From the NCBI GenBank assembly GCA_002633005.1, contig NMRA01000211.1, forward strand, positions 626,041 to 690,040: a DNA stretch of 64,000 nt, written 5' to 3'. This DNA comes from Phoronis australis. Taxonomy: Eukaryota > Animalia > Phoronida. The notes under the pieces are model-generated. The model did not search any database. It had not been told where the DNA came from and saw nothing but the letters and a program-made list of their open reading frames with translations. A program made the translations under genes and the position numbers. Positions 36,339-49,112 of this stretch are shown piece after piece (within the stretch, counting starts at the first letter, position 1; each line of letters starts with the position of its first letter).

Positions 36339-38810
36339 GACCAAAAGCACACACCTCAATTCAGTGCACTACTGTCGGACATGTTACTAGCTTCAGTCGC
36401 AGTCTAGGCTGAAGACCCATACACGAGTCGTCTTGCTGAATGCCTTCCACTCTTTAGCTAACACAATATCTTTGGCCTTGCATGTGATTCTATTTCTGCC
36501 GCGAGTCGACGGTTGCCAAATTCGTCGCTGCAAAATCAGAGTTGTTGTCGCGATGGGCGCATAGAAATAAATTGTCAACTCGCGTAAAATATTTACCACG
36601 TATTGGAGACCAATTTGTTTTTGCAAGCATGCTGCAAACAGGACAGTAGGCATAGTTGCCATGGCTAACTTCATAAACAGCCAGTTTCAGATCCCTGCAA
36701 CTCTGTTTATCCTGAATAATTTACTCTATTCCAGATGGCGAACGAGACCATGGACTCGCGTATTGGTCGGTGAGGTTGGAATGTACGAAATAGAATTCAC
36801 TAGTTTTGTAAACGAAGATTTTTCGTAGCAAGTGCAGTGCTAGTGTCTTGGGTCTACAGAACGCATCCCATATTAATGGTTTTATCTCACACAGAAACTA
36901 CAGCAACAACTGTCAAAACCTGCTTGGATGAAATCACCAAAGCTTTGTTTAGCGGTAACTGCGTTCTTTAATTCCAAACGTCAATGATGACCTTGCAAAC
37001 AGACACCCATTAGATAGCAACAGATAGGAATAAGTTAAAGACACAAATTGTGCCTTGCCATGTATTTGTATCATTCGAAAAATGGCACTCCCATTACCCA
37101 TTGGTTTCCATAAACCTACTGCACATGATCCGATCGTCCAAGTATTCTATTAGAGAGTCGAAACAAGAGACAGTACTTCAAGAGGCGATTAGTTTCATCA
37201 ATGTATTTTTCAAAAAGTGTCATGTCTGCACCACGTTTCAAGGTACATTGGTTGGAATAATACGTGCAGAAGAAAGAAAGAAAGTTCAATAACGTGCTTA
37301 CAATGAACCCAACCTCGCCAGAAGGCAAATTTACACTATACACAATGCACAGTGCTGGCGTATATTTCCAGTCTGTTGGGCTAAATGTTTTTAGATAATC
37401 GTAAGGTGTTGTGAATACATCGTAATGACTTCGCATTACAATAGACTCGTGGTTGCCATGTGTATGAATTGCGTATTAAGATTCTAATATTTGAGTACGA
37501 GATTTTAGTGATTTAGTTTAGTTCACACGGGAAGATTTTAGTCATTTAGATTAGCTTATGAATCAAAGACGTTTTCCAGCACGTGCACACACTATTTACC
37601 TTTAAATGACTTGGTTGGCTAAAGGACTCACGACAGTTTGGTTGAAAGTCTGGGTTGCGTTCTCATTAAAATTTTGTCTTTTTGTGTCTTGAATGGTAAG
37701 CATTAGATTCAGATTCTAACACAACGGCAATGCAGAGCAACTGGACAAATGGATCAGTGACCAAAACAACATTACTAACATATGATCTTGCATGCTGTGA
37801 AAATGCGGATCTTAACTGAAAATTTCTGTGTTTATGCCGTTTAGAGCAATTATTGCTCATGAATGCATAGCCTATGGCTTGAGTTGCCGGCACATTCGCC
37901 AACACTTTAAGATCGGGTGAGCGTGGGGATATTTTCCAACATCAAAGCGGTTCGGTTAAGAATACAGGACTGGTAGAAGCCGCGGTGAAATGCAGCTTTA
38001 ATTATCGAGTAACGTACTGCCAGGTAACACATGAGATCAGACACGTTGAAAGGCCTTTCCAAAAATCAATTCAATCGGAACAGAACCGGAAATTCTAGCG
38101 AGATCCATGCGTCATCCAAATTCGCCCATAAATTTGAGGTCCCGTGAATCAGTTACCCGTAGCCACGTTTTTCTAGTACATGTTCACAGTGTTCCTACTA
38201 ACTGTCGTCCTTCACCAGGCAACTCCTCTGTGTTTATATAGGTGTCTCGTTCAATGAAATTAAAGCAATGTTGAAAACAAAAGAAACCGCGCAAGACTGG
38301 TTTCTTTTATAAAAAAATGTAGCAGTGTTTTGCAAGGTGAATGCGGTTATGTGTGTTAACATGAATTGCGAACTTATCGACAACCATTAATGTATCAAAA
38401 CGGCTTTAATGAAAAATCTGTATCGTCGACAGAAAAAGTACGACAGTCGCATTCAGATGACAGCCTACAATTCAAGTGCATAAGCATTGAAAATTAAATA
38501 TGGCAAATGCTATTGTGAAGTGCATACTTAAAAACATGTTCATATACAAAGAAAGAAATTTTGTAAAGAAAGCGACTTTGTCTACGCCTCGCACGAATGA
38601 TACTTATGTTCGATTGACTCACGTGTGATAGGAAAACAGTAAGACCAGTAAGACCAGTGAGTGAACAGTAAGTCCACGAAGGTACGTTAAACAAGACGCA
38701 TTTAGGCACAAATATTATGACCATAACTAATGGGAAATAATGAAAAAATGCAAAAAATAAAAAGTATACAGGAAAATTACAAAAATGTGATATAGACCGG
38801 GAAGATAAGA

Positions 38811-39051
38811 GGCCCGTTCCAACAAAACTGACTTAGCTAAGACAAATCTTAAATTTTAGTAAATTTTAAAATACATGTTAAATTTGTCTCAAAACCAATT
38901 CAAGAAAGATATCTTCAGTTAGACTTAAGTGTGTGACATAAGTTTTGTCTTAATTTTGACTAACTTACAGAATGTGGAAGTTTCAAAGTTTGGAATTTAA
39001 GACAAATCTTAAACTTAATGAACTTTTAAGTCAGTTTCTTGGAACATGCCC
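38811..39051. mobile_element. MITE (PIF/Harbinger-like termini)
   Basis: Imperfect TIR GGCCCGTTCCAACAAAACTGACTTA ... TAAGTCAGTTTCTTGGAACATGCCC. Confidence 0.65.
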
Positions 39052-39771
39052 AAGCTCTCAAAAGCGCCAAGCTAGATTAACATAAGGAAACAATTATAAA
39101 TTTTACATACAAAACAAGTATAGAAAAAAGGAGAGAAGTGAAAAAGTAATAAAACGTGAGATTAGGTAAAACTAGGATTGGGAATGGGGATAACAACCCA
39201 AATGAAAAAAGAAGAATGTATATCGGCTGAGAAGGATTTAGCGTGGTCTGATCAGTAAACAAGGAAATCACGTGGTACGAATAAGGCCAATTGGGAGGAA
39301 AGTTACGGATGTAGACTACGAAAAGTCCAAACGGCTGACTGACACGTTTAGACAATAAAATGTTGTTCGTCTGTTCGCATAAATATGTTCAATACATGAA
39401 ATATGATTTATGTTCGACAGACTACTGTTGATGGAAAAATATGGAGCCCAGGTGCCGTCCAGGAAACAAGACGCGTGTAGGCTGTAAAAGTTCATGTGCT
39501 ATGACTGAATAAGAGAAAGTGTTACAATGAAAAAATACAAAATATACAGGAAAATTAAAACAATATGGATATAAACTGGGAAGATGGGCAATCAAAAGCA
39601 CCACAGTTGTTAACGAAGGCAGCGCACCAGCCATCCGAGGGGATGCACCAGAGATACCGATAAGAGAATTAATAGAAAAAACAAATAACAACATTGTAAG
39701 TAAATGCCAAAAGACCGATATCCCAACCACACGAGTCAGAGCAGTTGCAATTATGTGACCTTCCTCTCACA

Positions 39772-39962
39772 TTATGACGTTTCTGTGGGGGTGTGAAAAG
39801 ATTCCAGGTAGTCTGATGTTCTCTGCGGTACATTAGACGTGCGCGGGCCACATGATTGGTTAATTGCACAATCAAGCGGCTCTTCACGAATGAAGTTTTC
39901 AAGGCTGCCTGCATCTTCTTTTAAAAAATGCACAATACACCTTGCATGTGTCACGTCGTGAC
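39772..39962 (-). CDS. Candidate terminal exon of the minus-strand lectin gene
   Basis: TTTCAG acceptor. Phase-1 open frame of about 63 codons to TAA (GHDVTHARCIVHFL...). No recognised domain. Confidence 0.25.
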
Positions 39963-42096
39963 CTGAAATTGTATAATCTGGCTCTGAAGAAAAGAGCACT
40001 ATCATTTCTGTTCAATCCAAAAATCGCACTTATTTTGACTGAAGAACAATTTGAGACCAGTTCCATCATAGTAAGTGCTTTAAATCAAAACTTGCTTTTT
40101 AACAGAAACATGGGTTTAATGTCGCTTTAAAATAACAAATCGTTGTGTTTCAAAATCGAATGTAACATTTTTGGTGCATCATCTAGCTTAGAGAAATGTT
40201 TTTATTGACAAATCGAAACAAAGTTTTTCTTGAAATTACACAATTCCACAATCTGTCCAGGGAAATGGAAATTTGAAAGCCTATTCTTGAAATGTAGACT
40301 GCATGGCAGAAGCAATGAGACCCAGGGCGCGGTTTTTGGTCAGTGAAAAAGTTTGGCTGATGCTAACACCCGGAAATTTCCAAACATTGTCTGCCCCTCG
40401 AAAATGAACAACTTCCCTGAACTGAAATATCCTGCAGATACCGCAAATTTTAAGACACAATCTCTTTTTAAATTTCAACTTGCTTCCGATTCAAAAAAGG
40501 AAATTTGCATAAGCCGGTTTTCCAGAAATCGTTTAGGTACTTCCAAAAAAACTATGGTCATACTTTAAACTTAATCGCACGACGATAAAGACGCTACGTT
40601 GGTTCAAAATTGTCACAATCACTGGTTTTTATGTTGATGGAGTGCGTCTTTGGCGTTATCTTATTTTATTTTACTTTAATGGCAGTCAAAGATCATGGAC
40701 CACTGTAAAAATTGAATAAAACCGAGTTTGCTGAAAGCACTAACCTGTCTCTTCCTTGTGAAGACGTGTTTCTCCAAGAGCCAGTCTTGTCTGTTGGTCC
40801 ATTTTTTCTTTAGCTTATGTGCTGTTCTTTCAACTCGCGCAGAAAAGCACACACTCACTGTCCCACGCAGTTTGCACATTCGCATCTGTATCGTATCGGA
40901 AATTTCCGAAAAGAGAACCACCGAAAAGTACTTCCATGGGCGTATTTTCCTAAAATTTCCAAAAGTGCGCCCATGGGCGTATTCTGGGTATCTGTTTGCA
41001 TGCTTTGAAAGTCTGGTGGATTGCTCTAAAATACTTGTGTAATTTGTTTTGATGTGCACTTTTTTATTTTGGCACGACAGTGTAGTTTGGAATCGCGATT
41101 TAATTTAAATGACTATTGTTTAACTAGACATTAGGCGACTTTGTTGGTAACTAACCGTATTGCCACGGCATGAAGGACAGTATTAATGCACAGTGTTTGC
41201 TGAATGTGAAATAAGTATGAATGACTCAGATTCTTGCTAATGAAATACCACAACATATATTGAAAAGGACGTGTGCATTAAACTTCAACGCCCGGACATA
41301 ACTACACAATTAATGTTGGTTGAAGTAAACTGTGCAGAAAATGTTGGTTGCATACGTTAAAGAGATTTTTCTACAAACATTCCTTTTAATCTTAGGGATA
41401 TCCAGACATACAGAAGGGCTGTTCACTTTTCTGGTCTTTGAAATCAGTGTTGAGTGCATAATTAATGATAATTATTTGTTTTAAGCTACATTATAAATGT
41501 TTGACAGTTTCCAAAAATACATTCCCCATTTAAGAAAATATGCCAGGGTGTATATTCGGTTTCATTTGATGTTTTGGAAAGGTCGTTTTCCAAATATGCG
41601 CCCATTGGCCTATTTTCGGAAATTCCTGGTACTACAATACCATACACACGCTCTTTTCTCACAGCAACGTGGACGAAACATTCACATTCTTGAGAGGAAA
41701 GTGAGATTAAAAACCAAGTTTGCAATATAGAAACTTAATAGAGAGCTATGTATTGCTGAGTAAAGGCGGAAAGCTTCAAACCCTGTCACCAGAGTCTTCT
41801 GCAGACATGCCCCCATCGTTGGAAACACCCAGCGTATATGGAAAGTTTTGCGCAGTAACATTCTGAAGTACATTAATTGGGAAAATATACACAGTTGAAT
41901 CCTGTTTTTTCAGTTTTATGGCAAACGGAAACAAAAATCGTCAGTTGCCTGTTGAGATTGGGCTTGCACCAACTGATGTGTAAAGCCTCACCACAAGTTG
42001 TCATTGTTGGTCTAGTTCATTGTCACTCCCTGTAACTGACTGTATCTGTGTTTCATTACTTGTTACTGGGCCTAGCTAGGTGGCCACTGTATCATC

Positions 42097-42142
42097 ACTT
42101 CTGAGGATGGTGTTGAATAAATGACACCGAAACATTTCAAGT
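42097..42142 (+). ncRNA. Minimal type I hammerhead ribozyme-like motif (Penelope-like element remnant)
   Basis: ACTT-CTGAGGA-T-GGTGTT..GACACC-GAAA-CATT-TC-AAGT: core boxes, stem II and a 4-bp stem I are present; stem III is degenerate. Confidence 0.5.
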
Positions 42143-42254
42143 CTTAAAACCATTGTTGTTTTCTTCAATATATACTGCTACTTGCTATCATGGAGAAAAT
42201 AAACACTACATGTCAACCAGTAGCAAAGCTCGATATTGCATTCAATTGCCTTAC

Positions 42255-42371
42255 CATCAGAGTTGATTTCTGCATCACTGGTATAATTTTCTTTACATGG
42301 ACAGGTCCATCCGAACTTGGTTCCGTTCCATGTTGCATTATTTCCAAGACATGGGGCAGTTTCTAACCCAT
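42255..42371 (-). CDS. Symmetric phase-1 exon encoding a degenerate EGF-like module
   Basis: TTTTAAAG acceptor, GTAAGG donor, 117 nt open frame DGLETAPCLGNNATWNGTKFGWTCPCKENYTSDAEINSD. Phase-compatible with the lectin exon donor at 44595. Confidence 0.6.
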
Positions 42372-43290
42372 CTTTAAAATAAGAACACCATTCAATGCAT
42401 TACAACGACCAAGATAAAAGTGTGTTTTTGAGTACTTTTGGTTCGCAAGAGTTCCAGGATTTCTAAAAAAATATCACATATTTAATTAGGTCTTTGTTAT
42501 TACATGAACATGGATGCGTCTGCGCACTGACTGGTTAAAACATAGTACGTCGATTGCCCTTAAGTTGTTGACTGCCAAGCCAGCCTTTTATTCAAGCCGT
42601 CCTGGCGACCCAGATTGCCATTCGTAAATGTAAGGTCAACCACACGCTACAGAAACCGTAACACACTGACTGTGTAAATAAAGCGAGTAAAAGTTGACAA
42701 AATATCAAAGCAGGTAACATGCCAATGTGAAGAAATCAGAGGCAAGAATCATCTCTGGTCGTATAATAAATCAAATAAAAACCGATACCACTGGAATACG
42801 AGGATGACTTCCACTGGCCTTGGGATCGGCCAAATTTACAAATAACGCGTAGTGAGTCGGAGTACTGCTTCACTATCAGCCTGCATAGATGACATTTCTT
42901 TGACAATTACGTTGCTTGCATGAAACTCCAGTGTCCGATTGCAGTTCATACTGTCTAGGTGTGTAAGCACGTTAACAGAGTCTTTAACAAGTGGTGTAGA
43001 CGAAAGTGATTCTTAGTTTGACGAGGCAATTCCAACATCTCTACCCAGGGATGCATTCTTGTCGGGGATCGTTTTTGTCAAAATGAGCAAACATTTTTTG
43101 CAAACAAATTTTTAGAACATCACGCTATATTAGTAAATTCACACAATTTTCCTGACAGTGTGCAGCACGTCACAGGAATATTCTCAGGGACTGTAATTTT
43201 CTAAAAAGAGGTTTAATTAATAGTTGTGAGGAGTGCAAGTCAGAATTTCTGACCTAGATATTACGTCATTCATTTACGAAACTGACTCCA

Positions 43291-43693
43291 GGGCCCGGTC
43301 TCCAATCTTTTTACTCGAAATGGAACTCGAAATTAGGTTTGGCATTTTCTACTCTACTTTTCGGTGAAATCAAGATAAGTGTCTATTATTCTATGCTCGA
43401 GTACACAATAACTTACGGAGATAATTTATTGCCCTTAGTTCACAGTTTGTAAACCCAATATTAAAGCAATAAGTTCGAGTTTGAACTCGAAATTTCGGGT
43501 TTTTACTCGAGTTTGTAGCACGAATATAAGGGTCCTCAAGGGCAAACTTGAACTAGAAACGCTTATGCATAAACTATAATGTATTCGAGCACAGTCTGAT
43601 AACCAATTATCTTAAGTTCGCACAAAAGGAGCAAAGAAATTGCCAAAAATAATTTCGAGTTCGTTTCGAGTACAAAGATTAGAGACCGGGCCC
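43291..43693. mobile_element. MITE with GGGCCCGGTCTC TIRs
   Basis: GGGCCCGGTCTCCAATCTTT...AAAGATTAGAGACCGGGCCC, with inverted repeats extending internally (ACTCGAAA units). Confidence 0.8.
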
Positions 43694-44873
43694 AGGTCCA
43701 GAAACCAAGTTATCACTCGATCTAGAGTGCTCGGTCACGGAATCAACATAATCTTGTCAGACAGGCAAACGTGTTGCTTTCATGACTCATGAGATCCAAG
43801 TTATTGAATTCAGTTGTCAGAATTTCAAAGCCCAAGCGTCAATTCTGGCCTGAGTAAGGTGCACAGTTTAAGGCGATAGGTAAATGTTATGCCATTCAAA
43901 TCTTCTAAAATGGTCCCCTTTTCATGGGAATTCTGTTTTAGTAGGGTGAAAATAAAATTAACCAATTCAATGTATCGAACAATCTAGCTACGCCAAACTT
44001 TGGCGATAAACAGGGCATTCACGTTCATTTGCTAATCTTAATTCCACGAAACTTGGTGTCCAAATGTTATGAATGACAGAGAACGACAAGGCGACCCACA
44101 GACAGTTTAGAGCATGGCATTCAGTTACGACTCATGCGATCCGACAATGGCGCCAACTACGCATCGCACCGTATTGCGTATGCGTGTGTCACGAACAACG
44201 CATTTCTATACAGATTTTCTATCCGGCCTTTTCACTGCGTTAAGGGACCTAAGGGAGTTATCGACTACGCATCGCAACGCATGCATGTGTCAGCAACAAT
44301 ACATTTCTATATTGACGTTCTATCCGCTGTAACCATAGAATGACGTCTCCCCAGGCTTAATCTATAACGTAACGCTCATGCGTTATCGGAACGAAAACGC
44401 ATCGTCGCATTGTATGGTTCTACACATCCGTCATTTACCTTTGGGAAGATTTGCCTTTAAGTTCTCAATGTACGGTAAAATATTGTTGTAAAAGAAGTAA
44501 AGCGAGCGAAACGTGTGGACTCTAACCCAACGTAAATCGCATCTTTTAAGGAGGGGTTTCGCAAAGATGTGACTGACAAAGTTTTCATACTTACCGTTAA
44601 CTCTCACTTCTAGCAGAGCGAGACTTTTGTATCCAGTACACTCTATTACCACATATTGTCCATATATTGGGAGCGAATCGCACTGGATTGTCTGTGTGGA
44701 TCCGACAGGAAAACTACTGGAGTAATGTTTGCACATCTGAGTCTTGCGCCTGGGCTCTCCTTTTGCCGTTCTTGAAGCATAACTTGTTATGATTTTGAAA
44801 TCTTTTAATACATCGCCTGTAAACAAAAACGCACGAAAGAATAGAATGTTCTAGCATATACAGTGGCGGATCT
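43612..44873 (+). repeat. Direct duplication, copy 1 (about 1.26 kb; copy 2 at 47369-48630)
   Basis: Near-identical to 47369-48630 with scattered substitutions. Contains a lectin exon. Both copies end at CAGTGGCGGATCT close to an N. Confidence 0.9.
44595..44816 (-). CDS. Divergent F-type lectin C-half exon, copy 1
   Basis: TTTACAG acceptor, GTAAGT donor, 222 nt, phase 1-1. GDVLKDFKII...MCKHYSSSFPVGSTQTIQCD..PIYGQYVVIE...LALLEVRVN. Confidence 0.8.
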
Positions 44874-44952
44874 NCAGCCTTCAAAAGCTGGAGCAAAATT
44901 TGAAAACTCTTTTCAAAGTCTGCTGAACGTGCAAGCAAGACCTACACTTTAA

Positions 44953-47368
44953 GAGTGAAGTACGGCTCACAGCAGGCAAAAATGCCCAGAGGGGTGATAA
45001 ACCCAATGTCACCGATTTGAACCATACTATGCATTTTAGGTACCTTTGGGATGATAAACAAAACAGTAAAGTCCAATCTCATTTTACCTTGTTTAAGTAG
45101 AAGAAATCAGGGAGCCTCTATTTTGGGGGTATGCCATGCAATGAACTCGCTGAAAATGCCTTATTTGCATTGCACAATAAAAAATATCGGCGTACGAGAT
45201 CATTATTTGTTTGTAATTTTTAAATAAAGCAAGTCTTCGGCTTTACAAAGATGTTAAACAATACTCATTAACTCTGCCGCTAAGTTAAAATTTCAGGCAT
45301 AAAGTATAGAGGGGTCAGAGGTTAACAAGGCATTGCAATTTCGCCACAATTTGAGCCCGTATATCTTAGCTGGCACAACACTGATCAACACCAGACTTTT
45401 ACACAAGACGTTTCTATCTTATTGCTGTTGATTAGTACAATAAANACACCAAACTTTTACACAAGACGTTTCTATCTTATTGCTGTTGATTAATACAATA
45501 AAATTTTCTGGCGCTGAGCATCTTTCTATACAAATTGCAAGATTGCGACAACCACCTGAGAGGAAATTACCTTCAATACCGATACCTGCTTGGAACATTA
45601 CAACACCAGTAAAGTGCATAATTTTGATTCAAAAGTTGATTTATTAATATTTAGTTAAGTTTCATTAAGTCAGGCGCAATTGTTTAAGGTATTTTTCCTT
45701 TTTAACTAAAAATCCGCGTTTTTCGTGAACCCAGTATCCAACAACAGGTGTCACTTTACTAGTGGTGGCAAAATGGTTGATCCTGACTTGCAGTGTTATC
45801 TGCTAGTATCATGGAGTGTGATGAAGTGTATGGAACCTCAAAAGAATGTACTCTGCACATGTGTGAAATCTTGATGCGGCATAAAGTGAGTACCAATCCA
45901 CCGCACCTACAGACTGTGCGGCAACTGGTTTTGGCGAGAGTCGGATAATTTACAAATGCGTGTTCACCGGACCCGTGTCACGCCTGTGTGACCATAGACT
46001 ATAGAATATCTATGGTGTGACTGCGTCCAAGGCAATGGCAAGACGCCGGGCTCATCTTGGAATTCTGTGGAAACCATGTAGACTCTGCAAACACCCATTT
46101 CATTAGTGGTAGCTCGCGTGCCAAGCCTGAAGTGGGGATGCTGGTTGAAATGTCTAAAGTCAACTTACTTTCACAGGAACTCAACAATGTCAATGCATTT
46201 GTGTTCTTTCCTGTTGGATCTGGTGAGTACTACTACTGCTTTGTTTGAATTCGAGGTTATCACGATAGCCTTGTGGCGGTTATAGTCAGTTTTGTGGATA
46301 CATGATTCGAGAACCAGTTAGCACCGCTAGAAACAACAGATGTTATTCTAATACAGTACCCTGCAATGCAAGTTACTGGTCCTCCNNNNNNNNNNNNNNN
46401 NNNNNNNNNNNNNNNNNNNNNNNNNNNNNNNNNNNNNNNNNNNNNNNNNNNNNNNNNNNNNNNNNNNNNNNNNNNNNNNNNNNNNNNNNNNNNNNNNNNN
46501 NNNNNNNNNNNNNNNNNNNNNNNNNNNNNNNNNNNNNNNNNNNNNNNNNNNNNNNNNNNNNNNNNNNNNNNNNNNNNNNNNNNNNNNNNNNNNNNNNNNN
46601 NNNNNNNNNNNNNNNNNNNNNNNNNNNNNNNNNNNNNNNNNNNNNNNNNNNNNNNNNNNNNNNNNNNNNNNNNNNNNNNNNNNNNNNNNNNNNNNNNNNN
46701 NNNNNNNNNNNNNNNNNNNNNNNNNNNNNNNNNNNNNNNNNNNNNNNNNNNNNNNNNNNNNNNNNNNNNNNNNNNNNNNNNNNNNNNNNNNNNNNNNNNN
46801 NNNNNNNNNNNNNNNNNNNNNNNNNNNNNNNNNNNNNNNNNNNNNNNNNNNNNNNNNNNNNNNNNNNNNNNNNNNNNNNNNNNNNNNNNNNNNNNNNNNN
46901 NNNNNNNNNNNNNNNNNNNNNNNNNNNNNNNNNNNNNNNNNNNNNNNNNAAACCTGTGCCAGCTGAGATATCGGGATACGAATTTAGCCAATTTTGACAG
47001 TTTCAAAAATCCCTAAAAGTACTCATCTTATGCGGCTCTAAAAATAGACAAAAATTATTGAAATCTTTTAAATTTTCATGAATAAAGTAGTCGAAGGTGA
47101 CACCTGATCAATAACACAGGTTCAATATTTCAACGTTACTTCCACTGCGTAACGTAACTGTCGGAATTTTACTAAAATTTAACTACCGCAAGGCTGAAAA
47201 CTTGTCGGAAACAAATAGTATCCATGGAAACCAAAAGGGGGCGTTTTGAAAAAAAATAAAGTTGATCTGGAGTCAGTGGGGCCAATGTCATCACACAAAC
47301 AAAATATAAAAGAGAATCTGTGACATAGCGTTTATCACCCTCTGCCTGGTCTATTCGCGAACATGCTC
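44953..47368 (+). mobile_element. Non-autonomous TTAA-flanked transposon with GAG...CTC termini and long imperfect TIRs (Sola3-like)
   Basis: TTAA|GAG at 44949-55 and CTC|TTAA at 47366-72. CAGAGG(G)GTGATAAAC near both ends. 45335-45380 is inverted at about 46955-46998. Second copy at 1018-2362. Confidence 0.75.
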
Positions 47369-48630
47369 TTAAGTTCGCACAAAAGGAGCAAAGAAATTGC
47401 CAAAAATAATTTCGAGTTCGTTTCGAGTACAAAGATTAGAGACCGGGCCCAGGTACAGAAACCAAGTTATCAATCGATCTAGAGTGCTCGGTCACGGAAT
47501 CAACATAATCTTGTCAGACAGGCAAACGTGTTGCTTTCATGACCCATGAGTTCCAAGTTATTGAATTCAGTTGTCAGAATTTCAAAGCCCAAGCGTCAAT
47601 TCTGGCCTGAGTAAGGTGCACAGTTTAAGGCGATAGGTAAATGTTATGCCATTCAAATCTTCTAAAATGGGCCCCTTTTCATGGGAATTCTGTTTTAGTA
47701 GGGTGAAAATAAAATTAACCAATTCAATGTATCGAACAATCTAGCTACGCCAAACTTTGGCGACAAACAGGACATTCACGTTCATTTGCTAATCTTAATT
47801 CCACGAAACTTGGTGTCCAAATGTTATGAATGACAGAGAACGACAAGGCGAACCACAGATAGTTTAGAGCATGGCATTCAGTTACGACTCATGCGATCCG
47901 ACAATGGCGCCAACTGCGCATCGCACCGTATTGCGTATGCGTGTGTCACGAACAACGCATTTCTATACAGATTTTCTATCTGGCCTTTTCACTGCGTTAA
48001 GGGACCTAAGGGAGTTATCGACTACACATCGCAACGCATGCATGTGTCAGCAACAATACATTTCTATATTGACGTTCTCTCCGCTGTAACCATAGAATGA
48101 CGTCTCCCCAGGCTTAATCTATAACATAACGCTTATGCGTTATCGGAACGAAAACGCATCGTCGCATTGTATGGTTCTACACATCCGTCATTTACCTTTG
48201 GGAAGTTTTGCCTTTAAGTTCTCAATGTACGGTAAAATATTGTTGTAAAAGAAGTAAAGCGAGCGAAACGTGTGGACTCTAACCCAACGTAAATCGCACC
48301 TTTTAAGGAGGGGTTTCGCAAAGATGTGACTGACAAAGTTTTCATACTTACCGTTAACTCTCACTTCTAGCAGAGCGAGACTTTTGTATCCAGTACACTC
48401 TATTACCACATACTGTCCATATATTGGGAGCGAATCGCATTGGATTGTCTGTGTGGATCCGACAGGAAAACTACTGGAGTAATGTTTGCACATCTGAGTC
48501 TTGCGCCTGGGCTCTCCATTTGCCGTTCTTGAAGCATAACTTGTTATGATTTTAAAATCTTTTAATACATCGCCTGTAAACAAAGACGCACGAAAGAATA
48601 GAATGTTCTTGCATATACAGTGGCGGATCT
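47369..48630 (+). repeat. Direct duplication, copy 2
   Basis: Near-identical to 43612-44873. Begins exactly at the TTAA of the adjacent transposon. Confidence 0.9.
48352..48573 (-). CDS. Divergent F-type lectin C-half exon, copy 2
   Basis: Same splice sites and frame as 44595-44816. Four substitutions (3 synonymous, 1 K/N). Confidence 0.8.
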
Positions 48631-49072
48631 ACGGGGGGNAAACAAAAACGGCACCGCCAGCGTGTGTAAACCTTAAGTAAACCAACTTGGGAGAGGGGGG
48701 GTTCACTCTGAAAATATAGTTTTTTGCATTGTGAATTGCTGAGTCTTTGTGGCTCATCGGCAAAACGCCTGGGGATTTATTGTGCGCGCGCTTCCGTCTA
48801 CACTTCTGAAGTAGCCAAGCATTTTAGATGGATTCACCGCTGAAAGAGCAGTTCTATAGCTGATTTCTTTAGGTAACTAGCTTCTTTACTCTAAGACATA
48901 TTTTGATTTGATTAGGGGAAATACTGCGGTGCCGCAACCCTGATATTCAGGCGAATTGACGTGCAACGTTTTTACCTCATCTGTTATGCCGTGTCATTCT
49001 ATTAAGCTCAACACGTTTGTAACTGGTGTATAGTAAAGTTATATTGCGCAATATCGTACAGTGTACATGTAC

Positions 49073-49112
49073 ATATTGCTTATCTTGATCTCAAAATCGT
49101 GCAATCGATCAC
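49073..49112 (-). pseudogene. Truncated start of a canonical F-type lectin C-half exon
   Basis: TTCAG acceptor then GDRLHDFEIKISN. 23 nt are identical to the 6793 exon (TTGATCTCAAAATCGTGCAATCG). Homology stops after about 13 codons. Confidence 0.7.

Noticed and set aside
37294-37470. Minus-strand frame THGNHESIVMRSHY resembling the PPP phosphatase GNHE motif, ending at a GTAAGC donor
   Set aside because: Only a 4-residue match, an upstream in-frame stop, no clear acceptor and no other phosphatase exons seen.
29837-42371. Possible splicing of the lectin/EGF exons onto the ITIH-like ORF as one fusion protein
   Set aside because: The acceptor before the ITIH ORF is phase 2 while the upstream exons end in phase 1, and the ORF has its own ATG and signal peptide.
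45389-45500. Tandem repeat of about 55 bp inside the TTAA element
   Set aside because: Separated by a single N and absent from the paralogous copy near 1880-1930, so likely an assembly artefact.
46260-47016. Long ORFs of 216-248 aa (and similar ones at 35236-35484)
   Set aside because: They consist of X residues read through N gaps.
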